Below are positions 11,937-21,351 of a stretch of DNA of 64,000 bases, piece after piece (position 1 is the stretch's first letter; each line of letters opens with the position of its first letter). Origin of the DNA: Thermoplasmata archaeon (GTDB lineage: Archaea; Thermoplasmatota; Thermoplasmata; Lutacidiplasmatales; UBA184); NCBI GenBank assembly GCA_021806135.1, contig JAJZYB010000007.1, positions 217 to 64,216 on the forward strand. Direction: 5' to 3'. Both the position numbers and the translations under genes were made by a program. Below the pieces are notes generated by a model. It worked only from the letters and a program-made list of their open reading frames with translations. It was not told where the DNA came from and did no database searches.

Positions 11937-12472
11937 CTACCGGCCTTCCCCTTCGACCTCAAAGGGTTTCCCGGGCCGCGTCCAGTCCGCCACACTGGAT
12001 TTAGTTTGCGGCGAAAACTGCTTTGGGATGGTGAGCGGGGGGTCCTCGGCTTGCCGGAGGGTCACCGTTTCCCGGCCGCCGGCGTCTTGTTCGTGGTGCG
12101 GCCAGTTGGACTGGCTGCTGAGCCGCCCCGTCGCTGGGGGCGTGCTGGCGACCCTGGAGGAGGGGTGACGCGCTTACCTCTGAAGACCCCGAGGAAATCC
12201 ATCCCGTAAGTCGCACGCCCTGTCCAGGGGTGTGGCCTCGAGCCCACGACGCCCGGTGTCTACTCTGGTCCGTCCTACGGACGAGCCTGCCACAGAGCCT
12301 GGGCGCCGTCACCGACGAGAGGTTCTGGGACCGCGTCCCGGAAGACGCGAACCTCTGTAGGGGAGTTCGGGCGAGTGTAGACACTCTCCCTTCCGTCGGG
12401 GGGCTCGAGACCATGCGAGCCCATGGGACAGGAGATGGCCTGCCCTTCCCCGGGCCCCCGCCGTCGCATGCG

Positions 12473-13306
12473 CTACTTGGTCCTCAGGGCCCGGGCGGCG
12501 AGGAAGAGGGCAAGGGCGACCAGGCCAACGGCCCAGGCCAACAGCCCCAGCAGATAGACGTAGACCGGGTGAGGGTAGTAGGAACTCCCGAAGAACGTCT
12601 CCCGCATCACGTCCACCGCCAGGGAGATCGGGTTGTAGGCCGTGATGTTCTGGAGCCAACCCGGCTCGGTCCCGACCGGATACAGGGCGTTCGAGGTGAA
12701 CAGGAGCGGGAGGTTGAGGAGGTTCACCACCCCGAAGTACGACTCCACCCGGGAGAAGAGGAAGCCAAAGGCGAGGAACAGGGAGGTGAAGGCGATGGCC
12801 AGGATGAAGACGGCCAGGATGACGGCCCCCACTCCCAGGGCCCCGACGTTCTGGGTGACGGTCATCCCCACCAATCCGGGGACGTGGGCGAAGGCCAGCG
12901 CCAGGCCGAGGACGATGAAGATGGGGAGGACCACCAGGAACCCCCTAAAGAGCAGGATGGAGGAGAAGATCGTGCTCCGACGGACCGGGGTGGCAATGGT
13001 CCGTTGCATGATCCCGAGCTGCTTGTCGAAGATCACGCCGGTGCCGGCGAAGAGGGCCGAGGTCACCGCCACCAGGCCCACCATGCCCACCGCGAAGTAG
13101 GAGAAGTAGTCCGGGGCGCCCCAGAGCGCCGCCCGGAGCGCAGCCTCGCCCTGGGGAGAGCTCCCCACGAGGGCCCCCAGGTTGAAGGCCTGGCCGAAGA
13201 GCAGGAGGTACAGGATGGGGGTCATGAGCCCGGCCACGATCCACATGGGGGCCCGGACCCAGCGTAGATACTCCCGTTTCAGCAGGGCGAAGAGCTCGAC
13301 CAGCAT
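12473..13306 (-). CDS. ABC-2 type transporter permease
   Basis: Six TM helices with an ABC-2 permease pattern. The stop overlaps the start of the upstream ATPase gene, indicating an operon. Confidence 0.8.
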   Translation of the reverse strand: MLVELFALLKREYLRWVRAPMWIVAGLMTPILYLLLFGQAFNLGALVGSSPQGEAALRAALWGAPDYFSYFAVGMVGLVAVTSALFAGTGVIFDKQLGIMQRTIATPVRRSTIFSSILLFRGFLVVLPIFIVLGLALAFAHVPGLVGMTVTQNVGALGVGAVILAVFILAIAFTSLFLAFGFLFSRVESYFGVVNLLNLPLLFTSNALYPVGTEPGWLQNITAYNPISLAVDVMRETFFGSSYYPHPVYVYLLGLLAWAVGLVALALFLAARALRTK

Positions 13307-14334
13307 CAGCGTCCTCCCCTGGCCCGGGCGCCGAAGGCAGAGGCCTGGGCCGCCCGGCCGTCATCGTAGCCCTCCTCGCGGTACGCCTTCCCGGTGAGTT
13401 CCAGGAAGACCCGGTCGATGCTCGGGCGCTTGACCGTGATCCCCTCCGGCGTGACCCCGGCGCCGTCACAGGCCATCACCAGGGCCGATACCAGCCCCTC
13501 GGCCCGGGAGCACTTCACCTGGTAGAGGTCCCCTTCCCGCCGGACCTCCCGGACCCCGGGGACCCCCCGCAGGGTCTCGGTGAGGTCCCGGGCGGCGCCG
13601 GGCGTCCGCAGTTCCACCACGTCGCCCCCGACCTTCTCCTTGAGGGCATCGTTGGTCCCGGTGGCGATGATGCGGCCGTGGTCGATGATGGCGATGCGGT
13701 CGCAGAGGTTCTCGACCTCGTCCAGGTAGTGGGTGGTCATGAAGATCGTCACCTGCTGCTCCCGCCGGAGCTCCTGGATGTAGCGCCAGAAGCCGGCCCG
13801 TCCCTGGGGGTCCAACCCAATGGTCGGCTCGTCCAGAAAGAGGATCTTCGGGGTGTGGACCATGGCGACCGCCAGCTCCAGGCGACGTTTCATCCCCCCG
13901 GAGTAGCCCTTCACCCGGCGGTCCCCGGCGTCGGCGAGATCCATCCGGGCGAGGAGCATCTCGATGGGGGCCCGGCACTCGGCCGGGGTCATCCCGAAGA
14001 GCCCGCCGGCGAGGATCAGGTTCTCCCGGCCCGTGAGCTCCCCGTCCGCCGTGGAGTCCTGAAAGACAAGGCCGATCTCCCGGCGCACCTGCGCCGCCTG
14101 GGTGGCCACGTCGAGGCCCGCCACCATGGCGCGTCCCCGGGTGGGCGTCAGCAGGGTGGTGAGCATGGAGACCGTGGTCGTCTTCCCGGCCCCGTTGGGG
14201 CCCAGGAAGCCGAAGATCTCCCCGGGCGCCACCTCGAAGGAGACCCCTTTGACGGCCTCCAACTTTCCGCCGTAGGTCTTGCCCAGGTCCTCCACCTGGA
14301 TCACGGCCTCTCCCGGCGGACGCGCGGAGTTCAC
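13306..14334 (-). CDS. ABC transporter ATP-binding protein
   Basis: Walker A GPNGAGKTT, ABC signature LSGGMKRRL, Walker B ILFLDEPT. Confidence 0.9.
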   Translation of the reverse strand: MNSARPPGEAVIQVEDLGKTYGGKLEAVKGVSFEVAPGEIFGFLGPNGAGKTTTVSMLTTLLTPTRGRAMVAGLDVATQAAQVRREIGLVFQDSTADGELTGRENLILAGGLFGMTPAECRAPIEMLLARMDLADAGDRRVKGYSGGMKRRLELAVAMVHTPKILFLDEPTIGLDPQGRAGFWRYIQELRREQQVTIFMTTHYLDEVENLCDRIAIIDHGRIIATGTNDALKEKVGGDVVELRTPGAARDLTETLRGVPGVREVRREGDLYQVKCSRAEGLVSALVMACDGAGVTPEGITVKRPSIDRVFLELTGKAYREEGYDDGRAAQASAFGARARGGR

Positions 14335-14389
14335 GGCCCTCCCGGGTAGGGCGGTCGGGCTCTCCCGGGGGCGGGGGCCGGGAGGGGGT

Positions 14390-14812
14390 TCACGCGGTCA
14401 GCCTCCGGAGCCGCTCGAGGAGATCGGTCAGCCTAGGGAGCTGCGCCTGGAACCCGGTGGGGTCGGAGCGTCTCAGGTCCTCCAGGTAGGCGACGAAACC
14501 GGAGAGCTCACGGACCGCCTCCTCCGGGGTCCTCGGCAGCGGACCGGCGAAGCCACCGCACCCCCAGGGGCTGGACCGGAGGCGTTCCGTGAGCTGATAG
14601 CGTCCATCCGGCCGTTTCTCGATGAGCCCTTCCCCCGTCAGCTGTTCGAGCAAAGGGTAGATCGATCCGGGGGAAGGGCGCCACCAGCCATGGGTGGCGG
14701 TGTCCATGTCCTGGAGGATCTCTGCGCCGGTCCGGGGGCTGCGAGCGAGGATCTGGAGGACCCAGTATCGGAGGCCCCTCGGGTGCTTCTGGCCTCTGCG
14801 GACGCCCCACAT
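14390..14812 (-). CDS. PadR family transcriptional regulator
   Basis: Winged-helix pattern WVLQILARSPRTGAEILQDM...GSIYPLLEQLTGEGLIE. First gene of a PadR-ABC ATPase-permease operon. Confidence 0.75.
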   Translation of the reverse strand: MWGVRRGQKHPRGLRYWVLQILARSPRTGAEILQDMDTATHGWWRPSPGSIYPLLEQLTGEGLIEKRPDGRYQLTERLRSSPWGCGGFAGPLPRTPEEAVRELSGFVAYLEDLRRSDPTGFQAQLPRLTDLLERLRRLTA

Positions 14813-14885
14813 GGCTCGGAAAAACGATATCGATTAACCGATATAAGGGCTTGGGGCGCCCATGGCAGGCGCTCCCTTCCAGCCT

Positions 14886-15827
14886 CTACTCGTCATCTCG
14901 CCGGCGCCGGAACCGCCGGCGCACGGGTCCCCCCGGTGCTGGCCTTCCTTCCCGGTCCCCGCCGGCCGGACGGTCCCGCCCATAGCCCCCACCGGACCCC
15001 CCTCCTCCGAACCCGCCACCACGGCCACCGCCGTAGCTCCGGCCCGGGCCGGAGTCCCGGAAGTTCGTCCTCGGCCGGTATCCGCCGCCCGGGCGGCCAC
15101 CCCCGCCCTCCCGGCGTCCGTAGCCCCCTCCTCCCCGGCCATAACCCCCCCGGCCACCTCCTCCTCCCCGGGACTCCCGGGGTGGGAGGGTGAACTGGTT
15201 GCCGCACGACGTGCAGACACCGGTCACTGATCCATCCTCGTTCGGAGTGAACCGGAGCGGGGCTCCGCACTCACGGCACCCGCGTCGGGGCGCTGCCTCT
15301 TCCCGGCCCCAGCCAGAGCGTGCCTGGGGACGTGGACGGTCCCAGCCTCCTTCCCGACGGGGGGGGGCTGGCCGGCCCAGCTGGAAGGTGAATTGGCTCG
15401 AGCATTGCTGGCAGGTCCCGATCACTTGCCCCTCCTCGTTCTCCTCGAACGAGAGCGCCTCGCCGCACTTCCGGCAGCCTCGGGTGAAGCCTCGGTCCCC
15501 TTCGCGGGACCCCTCCGAAGCGCGGGTCCGGAACCGGGGCCGGGAGGGCTTTGGCCTCTCCTCCTCTTCGTCCTCGTCCTCCTCCTCGTCCTCCCCGCCC
15601 GCCATATCGGGGGTGGCCGGGTCCGCGTGCGCGTTCTCCTCGGCCCCTTCCGGGGCGGGAGGGGTTGCGGCCGAGCCCACCTCAAAGGAGTTGCCGCAGA
15701 CCTCACAGACGGCGGATTGGCTCCCGTCCTCGTTCTCTCGAATGGCCAGGTCTCCGCCACAGTCCGGGCAGGTCTTCGTCATGGGTGCCCGAGTGGCAGA
15801 CATCTGGCCTACTTCATGACCACCCAA
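14886..15827 (-). CDS. protein with three MJ0042-type CxxC...CxxC zinc ribbons, acidic linkers and a C-terminal RGG/Gly-Arg-rich tail
   Basis: Three repeats: CPDCGGDLAIRENEDGSQSAVCEVCGNSFEV, CRKCGEALSFEENEEGQVIGTCQQCSSQFTF and CRECGAPLRFTPNEDGSVTGVCTSCGNQFTL. Followed by GGGGRGGYGRGGGGYGRR...GGGRGGGFGGGGSGGGYGR. Confidence 0.6.
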   Translation of the reverse strand: MGGHEVGQMSATRAPMTKTCPDCGGDLAIRENEDGSQSAVCEVCGNSFEVGSAATPPAPEGAEENAHADPATPDMAGGEDEEEDEDEEEERPKPSRPRFRTRASEGSREGDRGFTRGCRKCGEALSFEENEEGQVIGTCQQCSSQFTFQLGRPAPPRREGGWDRPRPQARSGWGREEAAPRRGCRECGAPLRFTPNEDGSVTGVCTSCGNQFTLPPRESRGGGGGRGGYGRGGGGYGRREGGGGRPGGGYRPRTNFRDSGPGRSYGGGRGGGFGGGGSGGGYGRDRPAGGDREGRPAPGGPVRRRFRRRRDDE

Positions 15828-16156
15828 CGGCCCGGGAGGGGCTCCGGGCGGGGGTTCGCCTAGGGAATCGACCGGGAGGGCCCGTTCTCCTGAGTGCCGG
15901 ACGCCAAGGCGGAGTGGGCTCCAAAGGGGCCCTCGTCCCCTTCCTCCTCCCCTTCGTCCGCGGGAAAGGGCTGGGGGTAGGGGTGGGGAGCCGGGATCGG
16001 AGGCCGGGGGGGGAACTGCTGCGCCAAGGTCTTCCTGGGGCGGGGTCGGTTCTCGGTCACTAGGTTGGCCGGACGCCCTCCAGGTCTTAATCTTGTGCTT
16101 GGGAGGCCCGGCCCCAGGATACGAGGGCTGATGCCCCCGGCTGCTCTCCGCCGCCC

Positions 16157-17035
16157 GTGCCGGTGACCGAGGACCTGCTCCTCCTGGTGGCCCTGGCGGG
16201 GGGGTTCGCTCTCGGTCGGGCGCACCCGCTGCCCCGTCAGGGCCTCTGGGCCACCCGGGCCACCATCCTTCTCTTGGTGGGCTCTCTTGGCGTCTTCCTC
16301 TCCGGCGAGGGTCCCATCAGCCCCCTTGGGGTCCTGCTCCCCTCCCTCCTGGTGGCCGCCGTCCTGGTTGGCGCGACCACCCTGCTGGTCCGGGTGATCT
16401 CTGGAAGCCGTTCCCGGACCCCCCGCCCGGTCCGGGGAAAGCTCACCCGCTCCAGCTGGCTGTTCCCCCCCGCGATCTTGTCCTCGCTCCTCGTCGGATA
16501 CGCGTTGGGATCCCTCCTCCCTTCCCTCCGGCCAGGCGGGCCACCCGGGATCGAGCTCTTCCTCCTCGCTCTGCTCTTCCTCGTGGGCTGGGATGCCCAG
16601 GTGAACCTCCACAGCCTCAAGCAGGCGCCTCTACCGCTGGCCGGCGCCTTTCTGGGCGCCCTGCTCGCCACGCCCCTCCTCCTCCTGCTCACCGGTGAGG
16701 CGTGGAACGTCGCGCTCGCCACCACCTTCGCGTTCAGCTGGTACACCCTCGCCGGACCCGCGGTCTCCCAGGCCGTCTCTCCCACCGCCGGGCTCATCGC
16801 GTTCCTCGTGAACTTCCTGAGGGAGGACCTGACCATGCTGACAGCCCCCTGGCTGGGAGCCTTTGCGGGAGCCGAGGGGATCGCCGCCTGTGGCGGGGCC
16901 GCCTCCATGGATACCACGCTCTACTTCGTCACCACCTACGGTAGAAAGGACGCGGCCGCCCTCGGGTTGGCCGTGGGGACGGTGCTGACCCTCCTCGCTC
17001 CGATCCTCCTGGGGGTCCTCCTTTCGGGGATCTGA
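16157..17035 (+). CDS. DUF340/LysO-like membrane protein
   Basis: Polytopic membrane protein whose two halves resemble the YbjE/LysO family. Confidence 0.55.
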   Translation: MPVTEDLLLLVALAGGFALGRAHPLPRQGLWATRATILLLVGSLGVFLSGEGPISPLGVLLPSLLVAAVLVGATTLLVRVISGSRSRTPRPVRGKLTRSSWLFPPAILSSLLVGYALGSLLPSLRPGGPPGIELFLLALLFLVGWDAQVNLHSLKQAPLPLAGAFLGALLATPLLLLLTGEAWNVALATTFAFSWYTLAGPAVSQAVSPTAGLIAFLVNFLREDLTMLTAPWLGAFAGAEGIAACGGAASMDTTLYFVTTYGRKDAAALGLAVGTVLTLLAPILLGVLLSGI

Positions 17036-17120
17036 CCCGGCCACACGTCCCCCCCGGAAACGGCCCGGGTACGGGTCCCATCGGCCACGCTTGACCGAAG
17101 CCTTTTAGCGCGGACACCGG

Positions 17121-18539
17121 GTGCGGTCGGACGAGGCGAACATGGTCACTTCCACCGCCCGGACGAACCCTCCTGAGACGCCCCGACCGACGCCGAAGGC
17201 CTCCCGGGGGGTAGAGATCAGGACGGAGCTCCCCGGGCCCAAGGGGAAGGCCATCGTGGAAAAGGACCAGCGCTACCTGATGACCTCCACGAAGACGGCC
17301 CCCATCGTCGCGGACCATGCGGAGGGGGTCTGGGTCACCGACGTCGACGGGAACCGGTTCCTGGACTTCGCCGCCGGGGTGGGCGTGATCAACACCGGCC
17401 ACTGCCACCCCACGGTGGTGCAGGCGGTCCAGGACCAGGCCTCCCGGCTGATGCACTTCGCCGGCACCGACTACTACTACGAAGTGCAGGCCCGGCTGGC
17501 CGAGAAGCTCGCCCGTTCCGCCCCCGGTCCGGCGGAGAGGAAGGTCTTCTTCGTGAACTCCGGCACCGAGAGCGTGGAAGCCGCGCTCAAGCTCGCCCGG
17601 TGGAACACGGGGCGCCCGCTCTTCCTCGGCCTCATCGGGGCCTTCCACGGCCGGACCATGGGCTCCCTGACCATGACCGCCAGCAAGGCCCCCCAGCGCC
17701 GGCGGTTCAACCCCCAGGCCGGGGGAGGCTTCCACATCCCGCCTCCCAACTGCTACCGCTGCCCGTACAAGCTCGAGTATCCCAGCTGCGGGCTTTACTG
17801 CCTGAAGATCCTGGACGAGCTCTACTTCCCCAGCGTCCTTCCCCCCGAGGACGTGGCTGCCTTCGTCACGGAACCGGTCATGGGGGAGGGCGGGTACATC
17901 GTCCCTCCCAAGGACTACTTCACCACCGCCGAGAGGATCCTCAAGCCCCACGGGATCCTCCTCGTGGATGACGAGGTCCAGGCCGGGATGGGCCGGACCG
18001 GCAAGCTCTGGGCCATCGAGCACTTCTCCGTCACGCCGGAGATCCTCACCTCGGCCAAGGCGCTGGGAGGAGGCCTCCCGCTGGGGGCGACGATCTTCAA
18101 CAAGGAGCTGGACTACTCCTACCAGGGTGCACACTCCAACACGTTCGGAGGGAATCCCGTGGCCTGCGCGGCCGCCCTGGCCACCTTCGACGTCTACGAG
18201 CACGAACACCTGCTGGAGAACGCGCGGCGCCAGGGCGACTATCTGAAGAAGCGGTTGGAGGAGCTCCAGACCCGCTACGAGGTCATGGGCGATGTCCGGG
18301 GGTTGGGGCTCATGGTCGCCACAGAGTTCGTGAAGGACCGGCGGACCAAGGAGCCGGCCGTGAAGCTCAGGGACCGGGTGGAGACCGAGGCCTACCGCCG
18401 GGGACTGATCCTGCTCGGCTGCGGCGCCTCGGCGCTGAGGTTCATTCCCCCCCTGGTGGTCGAGGAGGCCCACCTCGACGAGGCGGTGGAGGTCCTGGAG
18501 GCCTCGCTGAAGGCCGCCCTCGCGTCGAAACCCACCTAA
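17121..18539 (+). CDS. class III pyridoxal-phosphate aminotransferase (4-aminobutyrate/acetylornithine aminotransferase family)
   Basis: VINTGHCHP, LVDDEVQAGMGRTGKLWA and SAKALGGGLPLGA motifs. Confidence 0.9.
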   Translation: MRSDEANMVTSTARTNPPETPRPTPKASRGVEIRTELPGPKGKAIVEKDQRYLMTSTKTAPIVADHAEGVWVTDVDGNRFLDFAAGVGVINTGHCHPTVVQAVQDQASRLMHFAGTDYYYEVQARLAEKLARSAPGPAERKVFFVNSGTESVEAALKLARWNTGRPLFLGLIGAFHGRTMGSLTMTASKAPQRRRFNPQAGGGFHIPPPNCYRCPYKLEYPSCGLYCLKILDELYFPSVLPPEDVAAFVTEPVMGEGGYIVPPKDYFTTAERILKPHGILLVDDEVQAGMGRTGKLWAIEHFSVTPEILTSAKALGGGLPLGATIFNKELDYSYQGAHSNTFGGNPVACAAALATFDVYEHEHLLENARRQGDYLKKRLEELQTRYEVMGDVRGLGLMVATEFVKDRRTKEPAVKLRDRVETEAYRRGLILLGCGASALRFIPPLVVEEAHLDEAVEVLEASLKAALASKPT

Positions 18540-18560
18540 CCGCCCTGCGGAACGAGTCCG

Positions 18561-19592
18561 GTGCGTAGCGCGCTCTTGACCTCCGAAGGGCTCTCCCTCG
18601 CCTCTCTCCCGGACCCTTCGCCGCCCCGGGGGGGCCTCCTGGTCGCCCTCCGCGCCTGCGGCGTCTGTGGGACCGATCTGGAGAAGGTGCGGGGCGGGTA
18701 CCGCGCCACCGGCCGCATCGGGCATGAACCCGCGGGAGTGGTCCGGGAGGTGGGTGAGGGGGTCGAAGGCTTCCACCCCGGGGACCGGGTCTTCGCCCAC
18801 CACCATGTCCCTTGCTACGCCTGTGAGGTCTGCCGCGCCGGGGCGTTCACCTTCTGCCCCGCGTTCCAGTCCACGAACCTGGACCCCGGCGGCTTCTCCG
18901 AGCTGTTCACGGTCTCCCGGGCCCACCTCGACCGGGGTGCCGTCCTCCCGCTCCCGGAACAGGTATCGGACGAGGAAGGGACCTTCGTTGAACCGCTGGG
19001 ATGCTGCCTGGAGGCCATCGCGGCCGTGGGGCCGGTGGAGGGAAGGCGGGTCCTCGTCCTGGGGCTCGGGCCCATCGGCCAGATGTACCTCCGTCTCCTG
19101 AGGACCTTCGGGGCCAGCTGGGTCGGCGCCGCTGACCTTTCCCCCGTCCGGCGGGCGCTGGGAGAGGGGGGCGGCGCGGACGAGCCCCTCGACCCCCGGG
19201 ACCCGGCGAGGCTCAAGGAACGGGTCCTCCGGGCCACCCACGGCACGGGGCCGGACCTGGTGGTGGTGGCCACGGGGGCTCCCAGCGCCATCGCCGAGGC
19301 CTGTCGTCTCGTCCGGCGGGGGGGCACGGTGAACCTCTTCGGCCTTCCCGAGAAAGGCCGTTCCCTGGAGGCTGAGCTCCAGGACCTCTACCTTCGAGGC
19401 ATCCGGCTCGTCCCCACCTACGCCACCACCGAGACCGGGACCTCCCGGGCCCTGGCCTTGCTGGCCGCCGGGCGGGTGAAGGTCTCCGACCTCGTGACCC
19501 ACCGGTTCCCGCTGGAGCGCATTGGGGAGGCCTTCTCCATGGCGGCCCGGACCGAGGAGGCCGTGAAGGTGCTCGTGACGGCCTCCCGGTGA
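18561..19592 (+). CDS. zinc-dependent alcohol/threonine dehydrogenase family (MDR) oxidoreductase
   Basis: GHEPAGVV catalytic zinc motif, structural zinc Cys cluster CYACEVCRAGAFTFC, GLGPIGQ Rossmann motif. Confidence 0.85.
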   Translation: MRSALLTSEGLSLASLPDPSPPRGGLLVALRACGVCGTDLEKVRGGYRATGRIGHEPAGVVREVGEGVEGFHPGDRVFAHHHVPCYACEVCRAGAFTFCPAFQSTNLDPGGFSELFTVSRAHLDRGAVLPLPEQVSDEEGTFVEPLGCCLEAIAAVGPVEGRRVLVLGLGPIGQMYLRLLRTFGASWVGAADLSPVRRALGEGGGADEPLDPRDPARLKERVLRATHGTGPDLVVVATGAPSAIAEACRLVRRGGTVNLFGLPEKGRSLEAELQDLYLRGIRLVPTYATTETGTSRALALLAAGRVKVSDLVTHRFPLERIGEAFSMAARTEEAVKVLVTASR

Positions 19593-19658
19593 GGTGGGCC
19601 GCCGGCTAGCAAGCGATAAGAAACGGTCGGCCCCTGGCCGGGTCCGAGGACCGAGACC

Positions 19659-20498
19659 ATGGACTGGGGCTGGCAGAACCGGATGGCGAGGATGTTCCCG
19701 GCTCCGACCGGGCGCACCGTGATGCTCGCGGTCGATCACGGCTATTTCATGGGCCCCACCCACGGCCTGGAGGTCCCCCGCCAGACCCTGGCCCCCCTCC
19801 TCGGCCTCTGCGACGCGGTGGCCCTCACCCGGGGTGTGCTGAGGACCAGCGTTCCGCCTTCCACCACGACCCCGGTGGTCCTCCGGGTCTCCGGGGGGGC
19901 CAGCGTGGTGGGGGCAGACCTCTCCCACGAGGCCCTGACCACCTCGGTGGAGGATGCCCTTCGCCTCAACGTCTCAGCGGTGGCCATGAGCGTCTTCGTC
20001 GGCTCCGCCCACGAGCATGAGAGCCTGGTGAACCTGGGAGCCCTGGTGAACCAGGGCGAGGCGGTGGGCCTTCCGGTCATGGGGATCACGGCGGTGGGCA
20101 AGGAGCTGGACAAGCGGGATGCCCGGTACCTCTCCCTGGCCTCACGGATCGCCGCTGAGCAGGGGGCACACGTGGTGAAGACCTACTACTGCGAGGACGG
20201 TTTCTCCCGGGTGGTGGAAGGATGCCCGGTGCCGATCGTGGTGGCCGGAGGGCCCCGTCTGGAGACGGACCGGGCCGTCCTGGAGCTGGTCCATGCCTCC
20301 ATCTCCGCCGGCGCCCGGGGGGTGGACATGGGCCGGAACATCTGGCAGTCCGACCATCCCGTGTCGATGCTCAAGGCCATCCGGTCCATCGTCCACGAGG
20401 ACTGCACCGTGAAGGAGGCGCTCCAGGCGCTGGAGGAGGCTCGCCTGGCCCCGACAGCCCGGGAGCCTCGCGCCGACGCCTCCCCCGTCCGGGCCTGA
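19659..20498 (+). CDS. class I aldolase, DhnA/FbaB family (fructose-bisphosphate aldolase or ADH synthase-like)
   Basis: DhnA-type TIM-barrel pattern (LAVDHGY...HVVKTYY...VVAGGP). Confidence 0.7.
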   Translation: MDWGWQNRMARMFPAPTGRTVMLAVDHGYFMGPTHGLEVPRQTLAPLLGLCDAVALTRGVLRTSVPPSTTTPVVLRVSGGASVVGADLSHEALTTSVEDALRLNVSAVAMSVFVGSAHEHESLVNLGALVNQGEAVGLPVMGITAVGKELDKRDARYLSLASRIAAEQGAHVVKTYYCEDGFSRVVEGCPVPIVVAGGPRLETDRAVLELVHASISAGARGVDMGRNIWQSDHPVSMLKAIRSIVHEDCTVKEALQALEEARLAPTAREPRADASPVRA

Positions 20499-20529
20499 CG
20501 GGGCGCCTCCCCCCCCGGGCCGGGTCCGG

Positions 20530-21333
20530 GTGGAGGACCGTACCGTCCAGAGCCTGCTGACCCGTTCCCGCCGGGGCGCCCTTCACTACGGGTTCGCCTA
20601 CTCCGTGAACCCGTACCGGGGTTGTCCGCACGCCTGCGCCTACTGCTACGCCGACTCGGTCACCCGGGACGACCGGCCCTGGGGCTTGGTCCTCGACCGG
20701 AAGGTCGACGCCCCCCGGATCCTGGCCCGGGAGCTGCGGCAGGCTCCCCGGGGCCTGGTCTTGCTCTCCTCGGCCACCGACCCGTATCCTCCGGAGGAGG
20801 CGCATTCCCGTATCACCGAGGGATGCCTCCTCGCCCTCCGGGAGGCCGGCTTCCCCGTGAGCGTCCTCACCCGGAGCCCGTTGGTCCTGCGCGACCTTCC
20901 GCTCCTCCGGGCCTTTCCCGACGTGGAGGTGGGCTTCTCCTTCACCTCCTCCCGGGACCGACCGGACTACGAACCCCGGGTGCCGCCGGTGGCCTCCCGG
21001 TTGCGGGCGCTCCGCCGCCTCTCCGAGGGATCCATTCCCACCTTCGCCTCCGTGGCCCCGCTGCTGCCGGGGACCTCGTCGGAGGACCTCCGAGCGCTCG
21101 CGGAGGAGCTTGGGGAGGCGGGGGCGCGGGCGGCCTTCGTGGACCCCCTTTCGCTCTCCTCCTATCCCGCTGCGGCCCGCCGCATGCGGACGCTGGGAGG
21201 ACGGGAGTTCGCTCCCGGTGAGGCCGAGGAACTCCTCCGTCGGTTCGAGGCGGACGCCCAGCGGGTGGGCCTACCGGTCCATCGGAGGCTCTTCGCCTGG
21301 AGGCGGGAGGCCACTCCCGCCGCAGGAGGATAG
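20530..21333 (+). CDS. radical SAM protein, SplB/DNA-repair-photolyase-like (COG1533)
   Basis: NPYRGCPHACAYCYA radical SAM cysteine motif typical of spore-photoproduct-lyase-like proteins. Confidence 0.75.
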   Translation: MEDRTVQSLLTRSRRGALHYGFAYSVNPYRGCPHACAYCYADSVTRDDRPWGLVLDRKVDAPRILARELRQAPRGLVLLSSATDPYPPEEAHSRITEGCLLALREAGFPVSVLTRSPLVLRDLPLLRAFPDVEVGFSFTSSRDRPDYEPRVPPVASRLRALRRLSEGSIPTFASVAPLLPGTSSEDLRALAEELGEAGARAAFVDPLSLSSYPAAARRMRTLGGREFAPGEAEELLRRFEADAQRVGLPVHRRLFAWRREATPAAGG

Positions 21334-21351
21334 ACGGCGTTCCGCCGCCGC

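Noticed and set aside
15540-15620. Tandem cctcctc/gaggagg repeats (also at 22690-22790), which look superficially like a repeat array
   Set aside because: They encode poly-Glu/Asp linkers inside coding regions. No spacer-repeat periodicity is present, so this is not CRISPR.
16929-19928. 999-aa minus-strand ORF antisense to the aminotransferase and dehydrogenase genes
   Set aside because: Low-complexity Gly/Pro/Arg-rich product. The sense-strand genes have clear enzyme motifs.
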